Notes under the pieces: generated by a model
Database searches by the model: none
What the model was told of the DNA's origin: nothing
Seen by the model: only the letters and a program-made list of their open reading frames with translations
Program-made: the position numbers and the translations under genes
Part shown: positions 19,865-28,388 of the stretch, piece by piece
How positions within the stretch are numbered: position 1 is the stretch's first letter
Layout: each line of letters opens with the position of its first letter
Virus record (IMG/VR): IMGVR_UViG_2565956520_000001
Length of the DNA: 64,000 nt
Origin: a virus
Lineage: Duplodnaviria; Caudoviricetes
Strand: one strand, 5' to 3'

Positions 19865-20065
19865 ATGTTCACTATTAAAACCTGTCCAATTACAGAAAAA
19901 CAAATCAATGTAATTGGGGCCAGATTTATAAGCAGCTGCAACGAAACCAACTGTAAGTTCCACCATGAAGGAGTATGCGTTCTGGTCCACAGTTTCATCG
20001 TTGAAAGAAATAATGAACAGCGACTTGATGAAATCGAAAGAAAACTCGGAAGAATCAGCCGCTAA
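19865..20065 (+). CDS. Small Cys/His-containing hypothetical protein
   Basis: AAGGAG RBS; CPIT..C...C.FH...C. Confidence 0.5.
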   Translation: MFTIKTCPITEKQINVIGARFISSCNETNCKFHHEGVCVLVHSFIVERNNEQRLDEIERKLGRISR

Positions 20066-20261
20066 CGGTTTTGTCGGAGTCGGGATTAAACTTAGTTGAA
20101 CGGTACAACCCGACTCTTTCCCCTTCAAATGCACTTCTGACATATTCAATTGCAGCATCAAGTTCTGCGAAACTTAGTCCACTTGCCGAACCAATCATTT
20201 TTGCAGCAACTTCTTTGGCACGGACTTCCTCTTCATCACTCAAATGGATAAGCGGTAGCAT
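20055..20261 (-). CDS. Small hypothetical protein
   Basis: AAGGAGG RBS before ATG 20261. Confidence 0.5.
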   Translation of the reverse strand: MLPLIHLSDEEEVRAKEVAAKMIGSASGLSFAELDAAIEYVRSAFEGERVGLYRSTKFNPDSDKTVSG

Positions 20262-20435
20262 CTTTCCTCCTTCACTTTTAACAGGACGTACGAGCCCCGT
20301 TATCATCATATTTTTTAGGCTCCCTCTCCCGACATTCACACTCACCGCACGACAAAGGTGGGTCATGAGTGTGTTTAATATGGTATAGAGGGCAGTCTTC
20401 GTTGCAGATTTGGAATTGATGGGATGGAGGGAACA

Positions 20436-20666
20436 CTAGTGCGCCTCCATTAATGAAGCCTCAGAAGGCAAAGGAAATTTTTCGGGATAAGCGATATGTT
20501 GCGCTAATCGAACAACTGTAGAATCTGCTCGATTTGTGGATTTGATACGACGAAAGGATGCAGGATGGATTGATAGCGCATTGGCTACATTATCCCTGCC
20601 TAACTTTCTCTCTAACTGGGAGATCAATTCTAGTGTAAATGGTTCGCTTCGTTTCATAGAGTTCAA
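20436..20666 (-). CDS. Cro-like HTH protein
   Basis: GRDNVANALSIHPASFRRI HTH; divergent from repressor; first gene of replication operon. Confidence 0.65.
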   Translation of the reverse strand: MNSMKRSEPFTLELISQLERKLGRDNVANALSIHPASFRRIKSTNRADSTVVRLAQHIAYPEKFPLPSEASLMEAH

Positions 20667-20688
20667 AATAGAACCATTGGCTCCATTT
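20666..20688. promoter_or_regulatory. Operator copy 1 at the cro start
   Basis: AAATAGAACCATTGGCTCCATTT, two mismatches to the 22532-22554 copy. Confidence 0.75.
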
Positions 20689-20743
20689 TGTAAAGAGAAA
20701 TTTGAACAATGACACTTACACCTTTATATGATGATTAATAATA

Positions 20744-21052
20744 ATGAATAGTGAACTACTTGAAAGAATTATTGTGGATGAATTTGCCCAAATAGCTAAA
20801 GATCAAGGTATTCATAAAACCAAGGTCGGACGGAAAGCATTTGGCGACAGCGAATCTGGCAGTAAAAAATGGATATATATCCTTGAAGGTAGAAAGGACC
20901 GACGCCCACAATCTCTTACAATTGCTGACATGTCAGATCTTTGTAATGCGTTAGGTGTTCCTATTGAATCAATTATGTTTAATGCTATTCAACGCTGTAA
21001 AAATGAAGTGCAAGAGTTGGCTAATACCCAGCAAACGAAGAAATCAGCTTAA
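20744..21052 (+). CDS. Putative immunity repressor (XRE HTH, no S24 peptidase domain)
   Basis: Divergent from cro-like gene; PQSLTIADMSDLCNALGVPIE; lies between operator sets. Confidence 0.65.
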   Translation: MNSELLERIIVDEFAQIAKDQGIHKTKVGRKAFGDSESGSKKWIYILEGRKDRRPQSLTIADMSDLCNALGVPIESIMFNAIQRCKNEVQELANTQQTKKSA

Positions 21053-21174
21053 AGCTTATATATTCGTCTGGCACGGCTATTCGACTAAAAAACAAGAATC
21101 ATTATAATGGCCCAGCTACAAACCAGACTAGAAAACTATTAAATTTCTATATTGACTCGACTAAAGGCGGTGTA

Positions 21175-21188
21175 TAGTGGTATCACTA
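21175..21188 (+). promoter_or_regulatory. Putative HicB operator over the hicA promoter
   Basis: TAGTG-N4-CACTA inverted repeat overlapping TATAGT; TTGACT at 21152 (spacer only 15 bp). Confidence 0.45.
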
Positions 21189-21203
21189 AGTGATGGCATT
21201 GAG

Positions 21204-21467
21204 TTGAACACGAAAAATAGAAAGCTACTTGCTAAACTTTTTCGACAACCAAAACCTAAAGATATTAAGTACCAAGAGGTTGAAAGACTACTACTCGGCC
21301 TTGGAGCAATAAAAAGTGAGAAAGCCGGAAGCAATGTTGCTTTTTTCTATAACGGACATATCACACAGCTCCACATTCCGCACCCGGACCCAACATTTTG
21401 CGGGGGGCGGATAAAAGCCATAAAAGAGTACTTAATTACAGCGGGAGTCGTAAATGAAAACATTTGA
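21204..21467 (+). CDS. hicA: HicA family toxin
   Basis: KDIKYQEVERLLLGLG..GS.V.F...HIPHP; TTG start inferred from family length. Confidence 0.88.
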   Translation: MNTKNRKLLAKLFRQPKPKDIKYQEVERLLLGLGAIKSEKAGSNVAFFYNGHITQLHIPHPDPTFCGGRIKAIKEYLITAGVVNENI

Positions 21468-21954
21468 ATACAAGACCTACACAGGCCAAATTGAGCCAGA
21501 CACAGAACAAGACATTCTGTATGGTAGAATACTCAATATTAATGATGTTGTTGATTTCCAAGGCACAACCATTTCAGAAGCAAGAAAAGCATTTGAGGAA
21601 TCAGTAGATTCCTATCTTGAGGTATGCAAAGAATTTGGCAAAGAACCAGATAAGCCTTTTTCTGGAAAAACAACATTAAGAATGGGGACTGATCTTCATA
21701 AAAAACTAAATAAGGCTTTCATAACAGGTGGATATAAAAGCTTAAACAGCTATATAGTTACAGCCCTTGAAAAAAATCTTGAGGAAGAACAGCGAGGAAA
21801 TCTCGAATGTTCCAAGTGTAAACACAGTGCCGCAATAAACGAAATGCAAAGTCAAATTTTCAAGTTCAAAACGGCATTTACAAGCATACCTTCAAGCTCA
21901 GCCCCAAACCTCCTCGTTACAGACGACAAAGGTTGGAGCAACTCGATACAATAA
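21454..21954 (+). CDS. hicB: HicB family antitoxin with ~50-aa C-terminal extension
   Basis: YKTYTG..D....YGRI..I.D...FQG.T..E...FEESVD.YL..C...GKEPDKPFSGK..LR..LH..SLNSYI. Confidence 0.92.
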   Translation: MKTFEYKTYTGQIEPDTEQDILYGRILNINDVVDFQGTTISEARKAFEESVDSYLEVCKEFGKEPDKPFSGKTTLRMGTDLHKKLNKAFITGGYKSLNSYIVTALEKNLEEEQRGNLECSKCKHSAAINEMQSQIFKFKTAFTSIPSSSAPNLLVTDDKGWSNSIQ

Positions 21955-22398
21955 ATGAGGCATAAGATGAACCCCATAAGCACCATATTCACCATTATAG
22001 ACTTGAATTACAAAACATATGAACTCAAATCGGCAACTTACACTGGCCAAAATGATATAAGTACTAAATTTAGAATAAATAAGACCAGCAACCTAATATC
22101 CGTGAGACTCACCTACACAACGGCTGAAAATGCATTCCCCTTTTTCTTGAATACAACAGGAGAACTTACAAGTCAGTATAAAAAATTAGGCAATGCAAAC
22201 CAAATAGTAGAAAGCTTAATAACAGTACTGATACCCATTTTGTATGACAACATAAGAGCTACAATTGGATCATTGACACTCATTGGAGGTCATCAAGCTT
22301 TTTTAGGTGCATCACGCTCTGAGATCATTGCAAACCACTCAACACCTGACCACAAAAAACTCCTAAAGCAACAAGCAACCCAAATGCTCAAGTCATAA
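21955..22398 (+). CDS. SecB-like chaperone (candidate third gene of a TAC module)
   Basis: 147 aa, beta-rich N-terminus, LIPILYDNIRATIGSLTLIGG resembles the SecB helix motif; abuts hicB stop. Confidence 0.65.
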   Translation: MRHKMNPISTIFTIIDLNYKTYELKSATYTGQNDISTKFRINKTSNLISVRLTYTTAENAFPFFLNTTGELTSQYKKLGNANQIVESLITVLIPILYDNIRATIGSLTLIGGHQAFLGASRSEIIANHSTPDHKKLLKQQATQMLKS

Positions 22399-22420
22399 CT
22401 ACCCCTCACGAATTCAACTT

Positions 22421-22451
22421 AGAAACCCCCGCCCCCGCGGGGTTTTCTTTT
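22421..22451 (+). terminator. Intrinsic terminator closing the hicAB-secB-like operon
   Basis: AGAAACCCCCGC..GCGGGGTTTTCTTTT hairpin plus U tract. Confidence 0.7.
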
Positions 22452-22498
22452 GCCCAATTACCAGTGTAATCCCCACAGATAGCAAAACTGCCCCATGT

Positions 22499-22555
22499 AT
22501 TTTGAGCCAATGGATCTATTTTTATGTTGACAAATAGATCCATTGGCTCTATTTT
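22499..22555 (+). promoter_or_regulatory. Early promoter (TTGACA-17-TATTTT) flanked by operator copies 2 and 3
   Basis: Perfect 18-bp inverted repeat 22504-22521/22532-22549 around TTGACA at 22527; each half belongs to a 23-bp palindrome. Confidence 0.8.
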
Positions 22556-22762
22556 TAATTCTACACAACGACCACAAGACCAAACGCACCGCGCGAAACA
22601 TCCGGAACAAGTACGCCTTGAATCAACGTGTGAATTGATTTTCAAATTATTCGAAGTCTGTGAAGGACTGCATAGATACAGATACCTCCTCACAACTTGG
22701 GTGTGCCGGAAACTCCCCTTTCCGGCCTCCTCACAGGCTTCGAACAAGAAAACGGAGATAAG

Positions 22763-23002
22763 ATGTGCCTACATGTAATCTTTCACCGCACAGTCACCTT
22801 TGAAGCGACATGCACTTATTGCGGCGCACATGAATGGCTGACCACTGAAAAGGCAGTGACGAAGTTCACCAAAGACCACGCAGACTGCAACAAGCTTTAC
22901 GAGGCCGAGTATGAGCAATCCTTATGTGAATTACGAATTGGCGAAAATACAGAAGCAACTTCAAGAATTGCGCCCACACATGACGAACAAAGGCATGTGT
23001 AA
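22763..23002 (+). CDS. Small early protein with CxxC
   Basis: GGAG RBS; CTYCG..H..C. Confidence 0.5.
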   Translation: MCLHVIFHRTVTFEATCTYCGAHEWLTTEKAVTKFTKDHADCNKLYEAEYEQSLCELRIGENTEATSRIAPTHDEQRHV

Positions 23003-23114
23003 AATTGGCGGATTAATAGTGGAACTTACGGACTTGCAGAACTTTGCGGCTCCGCAGGATCAATACCCGACAGACGAAAACAACTGTCATCGCGGGTTTC
23101 ATCACAACAGGTAG
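22911..23114 (+). CDS. Small early hypothetical protein
   Basis: ORF in co-oriented early operon. Confidence 0.4.
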   Translation: MSNPYVNYELAKIQKQLQELRPHMTNKGMCKIGGLIVELTDLQNFAAPQDQYPTDENNCHRGFHHNR

Positions 23115-23122
23115 GAGTAACT

Positions 23123-23437
23123 ATGTCAGAATTAAAAATCATAGATTTGTTCATCATCTGTCACGAATGCCGCAAGGTTTTCACTGGCAAAAATATAACC
23201 CTCAACACCCCTTGCCCTGATTGCGGAACAACCGACTTCGCATACATCAAAGCTGAAGGCATTGTGGATGCCGTTGAAAACGAAATGGCCCTTGAAGCTA
23301 TCCTTGCTCACTCAAACTGTGCCGTAGTTCACGAAGTTGCAAATGTAATGGGCTACTCGGAATCCGGCGGCAGAGATTCGCGTAATAACGACAGCCATTT
23401 GAAAAACCTGAAAGAATGGCTTGAAGATCAGGAGTAA
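23123..23437 (+). CDS. Zinc-ribbon early protein
   Basis: AGGAG RBS; CHEC..CPDCG. Confidence 0.6.
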   Translation: MSELKIIDLFIICHECRKVFTGKNITLNTPCPDCGTTDFAYIKAEGIVDAVENEMALEAILAHSNCAVVHEVANVMGYSESGGRDSRNNDSHLKNLKEWLEDQE

Positions 23438-23439
23438 CC

Positions 23440-23724
23440 ATGTATCGCGCAGAAGATTTTATCAGAAACTGCCCACTGCTGAAAGAAGGTGGCGTTGTGA
23501 ACAGACTAAATAAAGCTAAAGCCCTTAATCCTTTTAATGCCAAAAAGGTTGCAAACCTTGGGTGTAGTTCCAGCGAAAAGGCTTGTCTGAATTTCGCTCT
23601 CACCCTCTATAATCCCGGCAACTATCCTTTTGAAATAGGAAAACTTCTTATCAACGTTTCCGACCAACCGACACTTGATCATGTTGCAGAATGGATTCGT
23701 AAGGGCAGTCTAGGGCTGGACTAG
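23440..23724 (+). CDS. Early hypothetical protein
   Basis: AGGAG RBS; tight packing. Confidence 0.55.
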   Translation: MYRAEDFIRNCPLLKEGGVVNRLNKAKALNPFNAKKVANLGCSSSEKACLNFALTLYNPGNYPFEIGKLLINVSDQPTLDHVAEWIRKGSLGLD

Positions 23725-23731
23725 ATAGGCC

Positions 23732-23950
23732 ATGTTGAAAGCAGGACTGCGAGTGCAGGTTAAAACAAGCATCCGGAGACGGTCATACCTAGCATATGTT
23801 GATAGGCTCGACCCTCGCGGCTTTTGGGTAGGATTCAAAATTGTAAATGGACGCATGAATAAAACAAGGCTCTGCATATTCAGACCTAAACATGTAACCG
23901 CTATAGAAACCGAAGCTGGTTTGCGGTGCGTTTTACAGGAAACTTTATGA
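23732..23950 (+). CDS. Early hypothetical protein
   Basis: Stop overlaps next ATG. Confidence 0.45.
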   Translation: MLKAGLRVQVKTSIRRRSYLAYVDRLDPRGFWVGFKIVNGRMNKTRLCIFRPKHVTAIETEAGLRCVLQETL

Positions 23951-24465
23951 AAAAAGAAATCAAAGAAAGATACAAGATTAAAGGCTTTGATTATGAGGTC
24001 GATGAAAAAGGCCGCGTGTTCAGCACTAAGCACCATCCCGGTTACGGCATAGGCTGGCAGATGATGCCCACTAAGCCGGGCTTAACTCGTATTCCGCAGT
24101 ATACCCTGCGCCGAGACGGTGAAAGTTTCGTTTTCCGTATTGATTTACTGGTAGATAAATATTTTGATTCAACCGAAGTTTTTGACGGCAATTGGTTCCG
24201 CAAAATGCGCTCAGAATCTAAAAAGCATAAAGCCCTAATGCGCGCGACATTCCTTGAAGAGAAAAGACAGACGAAGGAAGCAGGAAAGGCACTAGTAAGA
24301 CCTACGCCTGAAACGGATATTATCATTGAACAAAAGTCAGCTCCAAACACTTACATACCTTGGTCGAACACAGAACAGCTTATAGAAAATTGCCGTTTTG
24401 ATGAAAGCTACTCTGCCGCAATTGGTGGAGATTCAAGAGACGCTCAAATGTGCCCACTTAGATAA
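23947..24465 (+). CDS. Early hypothetical protein (NUMOD4-like N-terminus possible)
   Basis: IKGFDYEVDEKGRVFS resembles NUMOD4; no HNH motif seen. Confidence 0.45.
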   Translation: MKKEIKERYKIKGFDYEVDEKGRVFSTKHHPGYGIGWQMMPTKPGLTRIPQYTLRRDGESFVFRIDLLVDKYFDSTEVFDGNWFRKMRSESKKHKALMRATFLEEKRQTKEAGKALVRPTPETDIIIEQKSAPNTYIPWSNTEQLIENCRFDESYSAAIGGDSRDAQMCPLR

Positions 24466-24477
24466 GGACAATTCACC

Positions 24478-24876
24478 ATGAATCTTACAAGCACCCTGCA
24501 ATCCCACTTAGGCCGCCGCTATTCTGCCGAAGACGTCGCAACAGCATTTGCGAAATCTAAAAACTGGGTCTATAGAAATGCAACCGCTATCGGCGGTGTT
24601 CGCATGGGAAAAGAATGGGTGTTCTTTGAAATAAACATGGTCAATTGCCTCACCAGAGGAACAGACGATGCCAATACAGCGAAAAAACAAGACCACGCAG
24701 AAGAAGGAATGGTTCGGAAGGATAACCTTGCCGAATGGAAAGCAGAAAGAAAAGAAAGCTTCGACCAAAAAGGAAGCGTTGGATTGGGAATGTATGATGA
24801 GGCAGAGGTTGAGCGAATTATCAGCGACCCCGACCCTTTCAATCTCATTACACAGTCTCACCACCAGACACCTTGA
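24478..24876 (+). CDS. Excisionase-like HTH protein overlapping integrase start
   Basis: YSAEDVATAFAKSKNWVYRNA..GGVRMGKEWVF winged-HTH pattern. Confidence 0.65.
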   Translation: MNLTSTLQSHLGRRYSAEDVATAFAKSKNWVYRNATAIGGVRMGKEWVFFEINMVNCLTRGTDDANTAKKQDHAEEGMVRKDNLAEWKAERKESFDQKGSVGLGMYDEAEVERIISDPDPFNLITQSHHQTP

Positions 24877-25804
24877 AGCACAAGTAGCCAAAGGAATCAG
24901 CGAAAGTTGGTTTCAGGATAAAAAGCTTGTGCTTAAGGAACTTCTAAACGCTTCTGGTGTAAAGCCCTTTCAACCTGCGGTTAATCTTGAACACGAAACC
25001 GTCCGCAAATTCCTTGATAAAATTGCCACGCTAAAAACGGGGCATAGGGCCAACAGATACCGCCGCCATATTCTTAGAATGTGGTCATGGGGCAAGACGG
25101 CCCGACTTATATCCGGCGAGTGCCCTTGGGATGTTGAGAAATACAAAGAAGTGCGGAACCCTCGTTATATCCCTTCTGAAGACGACTTCTGGAAGGTGTA
25201 CGAAATAGCTGATCAGGTTCCGGACGGTTCAAGCCACAGAACAGGTGTTTACAATTCTGAGCCGCACCGTAAAACGATCCTGCTTACATTCCTTCATACA
25301 GCCGCCAGAAAATCAGAGATATTTGATCTCAAAAAAGAAGACCTCGACTTATCAGCCCGTAAAATACGTTTATGGACTGCCAAGCGTGACGGCGGCGTGG
25401 AATATGATTGGGTTCCAATGACTGGAATTCTGCACGATGAGCTTGAAAAGCACCTTGCCCGGCAAAAGCTTGAATTCCCATTCACGGATTACGTGTTCGT
25501 GAACCCTGCAACCGGACTCAATTATTCCAGCGTAAGCAAAATGATGGAAAGATTGTGTAAACGGGCTGGAGTAAAGCATTTTGGCTTCCACGCTATCCGA
25601 CACCTCACCGCGTCGATTCTAGATAGCAAGATGGTGCCTATGGCTGATATTCAGGCCATACTACGGCACAAGTCTATGGAAGTGACCGCAAAGTACGTTC
25701 ATTCCATAAGAGGCGCGCGCGTTGAGCTGGATAAGGTGTTTGGAACAGGCAAAGTGATTCAGTTTGAGGACATAAAAAAAGCCCCCGCAAAAGCGGAGGC
25801 TTGA
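24668..25804 (+). CDS. int: Tyrosine integrase of left prophage
   Basis: HTAARKSE, HAIRH, LRHKS..VTAKY catalytic motifs; adjacent to att. Confidence 0.95.
   Translation: MPIQRKNKTTQKKEWFGRITLPNGKQKEKKASTKKEALDWECMMRQRLSELSATPTLSISLHSLTTRHLEAQVAKGISESWFQDKKLVLKELLNASGVKPFQPAVNLEHETVRKFLDKIATLKTGHRANRYRRHILRMWSWGKTARLISGECPWDVEKYKEVRNPRYIPSEDDFWKVYEIADQVPDGSSHRTGVYNSEPHRKTILLTFLHTAARKSEIFDLKKEDLDLSARKIRLWTAKRDGGVEYDWVPMTGILHDELEKHLARQKLEFPFTDYVFVNPATGLNYSSVSKMMERLCKRAGVKHFGFHAIRHLTASILDSKMVPMADIQAILRHKSMEVTAKYVHSIRGARVELDKVFGTGKVIQFEDIKKAPAKAEA
25774..25802 (-). terminator. Hairpin terminator at integrase 3' end, U tract on minus strand
   Basis: A7-GCCCCCGC-AAAA-GCGGAGGCTT. Confidence 0.55.
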
Positions 25805-25811
25805 AATAAAG

Positions 25812-25834
25812 GTGAGTAAAGCAGTGAGTAAAGC
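25812..25834 (+). repeat. Direct repeat GTGAGTAAAGC x2, putative arm-type sites of left integrase
   Basis: Exact 11-bp copies at 25812 and 25824; inverted ACTCAC core at 25844. Confidence 0.65.
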
Positions 25835-25876
25835 TTACAACCGACTCACTATTTAGCTCTAAACCCTTGAAATAAT

Positions 25877-25925
25877 TGGTGGGCAATACAAGATTCGAAC
25901 TTGTGGCTTCCAGCTCCGGAGGCTG
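25877..25925 (-). tRNA. 3' fragment of tRNA-Arg(CCG), att core; not an intact tRNA
   Basis: Minus strand reads CAGC-CTCCGGA-GCTGG..ACAAGTTCGAATCTTGT-ATTGCCC-ACCA (anticodon arm, T arm, acceptor 3' strand, CCA); no D arm or 5' strand upstream. Confidence 0.88.
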
Positions 25926-26028
25926 TTTTCGCAGTTGTTTCACACATAGCACTCAAGTCAATATCCACTCTATTCATTAATATTATTGATTTTATTTCAA
26001 AGACATTGTTTACTGAATCTACGAGCAA

Positions 26029-26077
26029 GGGTAGCATTTGGGTAGCAATTCCGCATTTGGGTAGCATTTGGGTAGCA
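26029..26077 (+). repeat. GGGTAGCA x4, as two copies of GGGTAGCATTTGGGTAGCA; putative arm-type sites of right integrase
   Basis: Copies at 26029, 26040, 26059, 26070, directly before the integrase ATG. Confidence 0.75.
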
Positions 26078-26082
26078 AAAAA

Positions 26083-27189
26083 ATGATCCGTATTAAGACA
26101 AGATATATTGGCGTTTATCATAGAGAATCTGACACTCGTAGGTTCAGAGGAAAGCCTGACATTTGCTATGAGATAACCTACAAGCTTAAGAACCGCAAAA
26201 AGATATGGGAAAAGATCGGCTGGAAAAGTGAAGGCTTTTCCGCTGTCATGGCCAACAACCTGCGCAGTGAGCGTTTGGTGAAAATTAAGACCGGAACTGT
26301 CTCGGTTATCATCAACATTACATATGCAAAAGCATGGCAAAATTATTGCGATAGACATTTGACCGAAGGAAAATCTAAGGCCACCGACATATACCGTCAT
26401 AACAAGCATATTGAAAACACTCTCGGACACTTCAGGCTGGATCAAATAACACCGGACATTCTCCAAACCTTCATGAATCGTTTGTCGGACACACTCAGTC
26501 CGCAGAGTGTTAAACATGTCCTTGCCCAGGTCAGAAGAGTCATCAACAAGGCCATTAAGTGGGGCCACTGGGACGGAGTAAACCCTGTCACTAGAATCAC
26601 AATGCCCACTATCAATAATAGTAGAACACGATACTTCACACCTAATGAAGCAGCTCAAGTGCTTGAAGAGCTCCAATACCGCAGCCCTCAAACACATTCC
26701 ATGGCCACCGTCAGCCTCCACACCGGGATGAGATTCGGAGAGATCGCAGCTATTCGCTGGGCAGATGTAAATTTTGATGCCGGAACCATCTCTATTTTTG
26801 ACGCCAAAACAGGTGATAGACACGCCTTGATGACTGACACCGTTAAGAAAATGCTTTCTGATATGCCCAACAAAGTTCCAAGCGATTACCTTTTCTTTTC
26901 TAGAAAAGGCGACAAGATAAAAGCAGCCAGCCCCACCTTTGAGCGAGTTGTAAATGAACTCGGGCTTAATGCCGACATAACTGATCGACGCCAAAAAATT
27001 GTATTTCATTCTCTTAGACACACCTACGCCTCCTGGATGGCAACTAAAGGAATCCCGCTTTATGTTATCGCAGAACTGCTTGGCCACAGTACTTTAGAAA
27101 TGGCCAGCCGCTATGCTCACCTCTGCCCTGACCAAAAACGAGAAGCCTCAAACATGGTGCAGGAAGTTTTCAACTCGGCTGGTCAATAG
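26083..27189 (+). CDS. int: Tyrosine integrase of right prophage
   Basis: HTGMRFGE, HSLRH, LGHS..MASRY catalytic motifs; N-terminal arm-binding domain. Confidence 0.95.
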   Translation: MIRIKTRYIGVYHRESDTRRFRGKPDICYEITYKLKNRKKIWEKIGWKSEGFSAVMANNLRSERLVKIKTGTVSVIINITYAKAWQNYCDRHLTEGKSKATDIYRHNKHIENTLGHFRLDQITPDILQTFMNRLSDTLSPQSVKHVLAQVRRVINKAIKWGHWDGVNPVTRITMPTINNSRTRYFTPNEAAQVLEELQYRSPQTHSMATVSLHTGMRFGEIAAIRWADVNFDAGTISIFDAKTGDRHALMTDTVKKMLSDMPNKVPSDYLFFSRKGDKIKAASPTFERVVNELGLNADITDRRQKIVFHSLRHTYASWMATKGIPLYVIAELLGHSTLEMASRYAHLCPDQKREASNMVQEVFNSAGQ

Positions 27190-27517
27190 TTCTAACCAAA
27201 CCCGAAGTGTAAAATTTCTCCAGATCTGACTTTCTATACAATATTTTACTGCCCCTTCTAGTATACATAGGCCCACGCCCTTCTCCCCTGAGCTTTCGTA
27301 ATGAAGCCGCACTTTCACCATAAAGAAGAGCAACTTCATTAGTATTCAGGTTTTCTTTACGCTTAAGGAATTCCATTTCAAACACCGGCTTCATATTTTC
27401 GCCCACAACTTCGCGCAGCACACTTTGCATTTCCTGCGGGAATCCGGAAGAGACTGGTGCTAAATGTTTTTCACATAGCTTAGACAGCTCTGCTTCAAAT
27501 TCTTCTTTGCCCATCAC
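27170..27517 (-). CDS. Excisionase-like HTH_17 protein
   Basis: LNTNEVALLYG...LRKLRGEGRGP.Y...G.KILYRKSDL. Confidence 0.8.
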   Translation of the reverse strand: MMGKEEFEAELSKLCEKHLAPVSSGFPQEMQSVLREVVGENMKPVFEMEFLKRKENLNTNEVALLYGESAASLRKLRGEGRGPMYTRRGSKILYRKSDLEKFYTSGLVRTIDQPS

Positions 27518-28041
27518 TCACTCCATACGATATTGGTTAAAGCCATTCCAACCTCAGTTCCGAGCAACGGATCAGTGGTTGCCGCATCGCCACACTCATA
27601 CAACTCATGCTCCCTCTCTCCGGCCAGATCCTTAATCAAGGAAAGAACTGACATTTCCAAATACCGCCACGGTTTCTTTCTGCCAGTTTGAAGCTTAACA
27701 ATGAGCGCATCGCAAACCAGCATATGAACCGCCAGCCAGTAGTGCATCCATTCATCGGCCTCAAATTCATTATCTGGAAACATTACTTCCACGATATCTT
27801 TGACCTGAGCGAAAGATTTCTTCACGGCCTTGTCAGCTCTGGTACTGGTTATTGGATCAAGCCGCCCCTTTGCTTCAGAATACCATTTACGGATTTTCTC
27901 TGAAGCAGAACGACCGCGCGCAGATCTACAAACAGACTCGTCCATCAGATCAAGGCCGGTATCAATCATGGACAGCACAACATGAAGCTGCCTGTTTGTT
28001 ATGGCCTGCCGTTTGCGCCGGTTGTTTAAATTATTTGTCAT
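27514..28041 (-). CDS. Hypothetical protein
   Basis: Translationally coupled in the par-xis operon. Confidence 0.55.
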   Translation of the reverse strand: MTNNLNNRRKRQAITNRQLHVVLSMIDTGLDLMDESVCRSARGRSASEKIRKWYSEAKGRLDPITSTRADKAVKKSFAQVKDIVEVMFPDNEFEADEWMHYWLAVHMLVCDALIVKLQTGRKKPWRYLEMSVLSLIKDLAGEREHELYECGDAATTDPLLGTEVGMALTNIVWSE

Positions 28042-28388
28042 GAGATCTCCCTTATAAAATCTTCCAGCCCACTACCTTTCATATCCTTCAGACAAATCCT
28101 TAACGATCCTTCCACCAATTTCGATTTGGTAACTACTCCGAATTTTCGCTTAAGCTTTACCTGCATCAGCTCCAAATCTTCATTTACATCTTCATCTACA
28201 TAGATAGTAAGTTTGTAAGGCTTAGCTTTTGCCGTCTTGACGTCAGGACGTCCAAGCGGTTTAACGTCTGGACGGTTTGCCGTTTGGTCGCTTTGCTGCT
28301 CTGACGGCTTACCGCCACCCTGATCTCCCAACACGCTACCCAAAATATCAGGAGTCTTCTCCCTCTTGCTACCGCCTGGCATATTCAT
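28038..28388 (-). CDS. ParA partner, ribbon-helix-helix centromere-binding protein (type Ib, ParG/omega-like)
   Basis: Flexible N-terminus (KREKTPDILGSVLG), C-terminal YKLTIYVDEDV..SKLVEGSL RHH; overlaps parA stop. Confidence 0.72.
   Translation of the reverse strand: MNMPGGSKREKTPDILGSVLGDQGGGKPSEQQSDQTANRPDVKPLGRPDVKTAKAKPYKLTIYVDEDVNEDLELMQVKLKRKFGVVTKSKLVEGSLRICLKDMKGSGLEDFIREIS
28229..28316 (+). repeat. Octamer array A, 11 in-phase units, inside the RHH gene
   Basis: TTGCCGTC TTGACGTC AGGACGTC CAAGCGGT TTAACGTC TGGACGGT TTGCCGTT TGGTCGCT TTGCTGCT CTGACGGC TTACCGCC. Confidence 0.82.

Larger units (their letters stand above)
1..25925. mobile_element. Left prophage (partial): lambda-type head/packaging, contractile tail, P4/D5-type primase; right boundary at tRNA-Arg att fragment
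   Basis: Contiguous baseplate, lysis, head, terminase, replication, immunity and integrase genes ending at a tRNA 3' fragment. Confidence 0.93.

Noticed and set aside
22406-22778. ORFs 22406-22747 (-) and 22524-22778 (+)
   Set aside because: Overlap the terminator, operators and promoter; no RBS or protein-like features
25877-25925. Intact tRNA gene
   Set aside because: D arm and 5' acceptor strand are absent; only the att-type 3' fragment is present
25849-27087. 412-aa minus-strand ORF
   Set aside because: Antisense shadow of the right integrase running across the att site; no motifs or RBS
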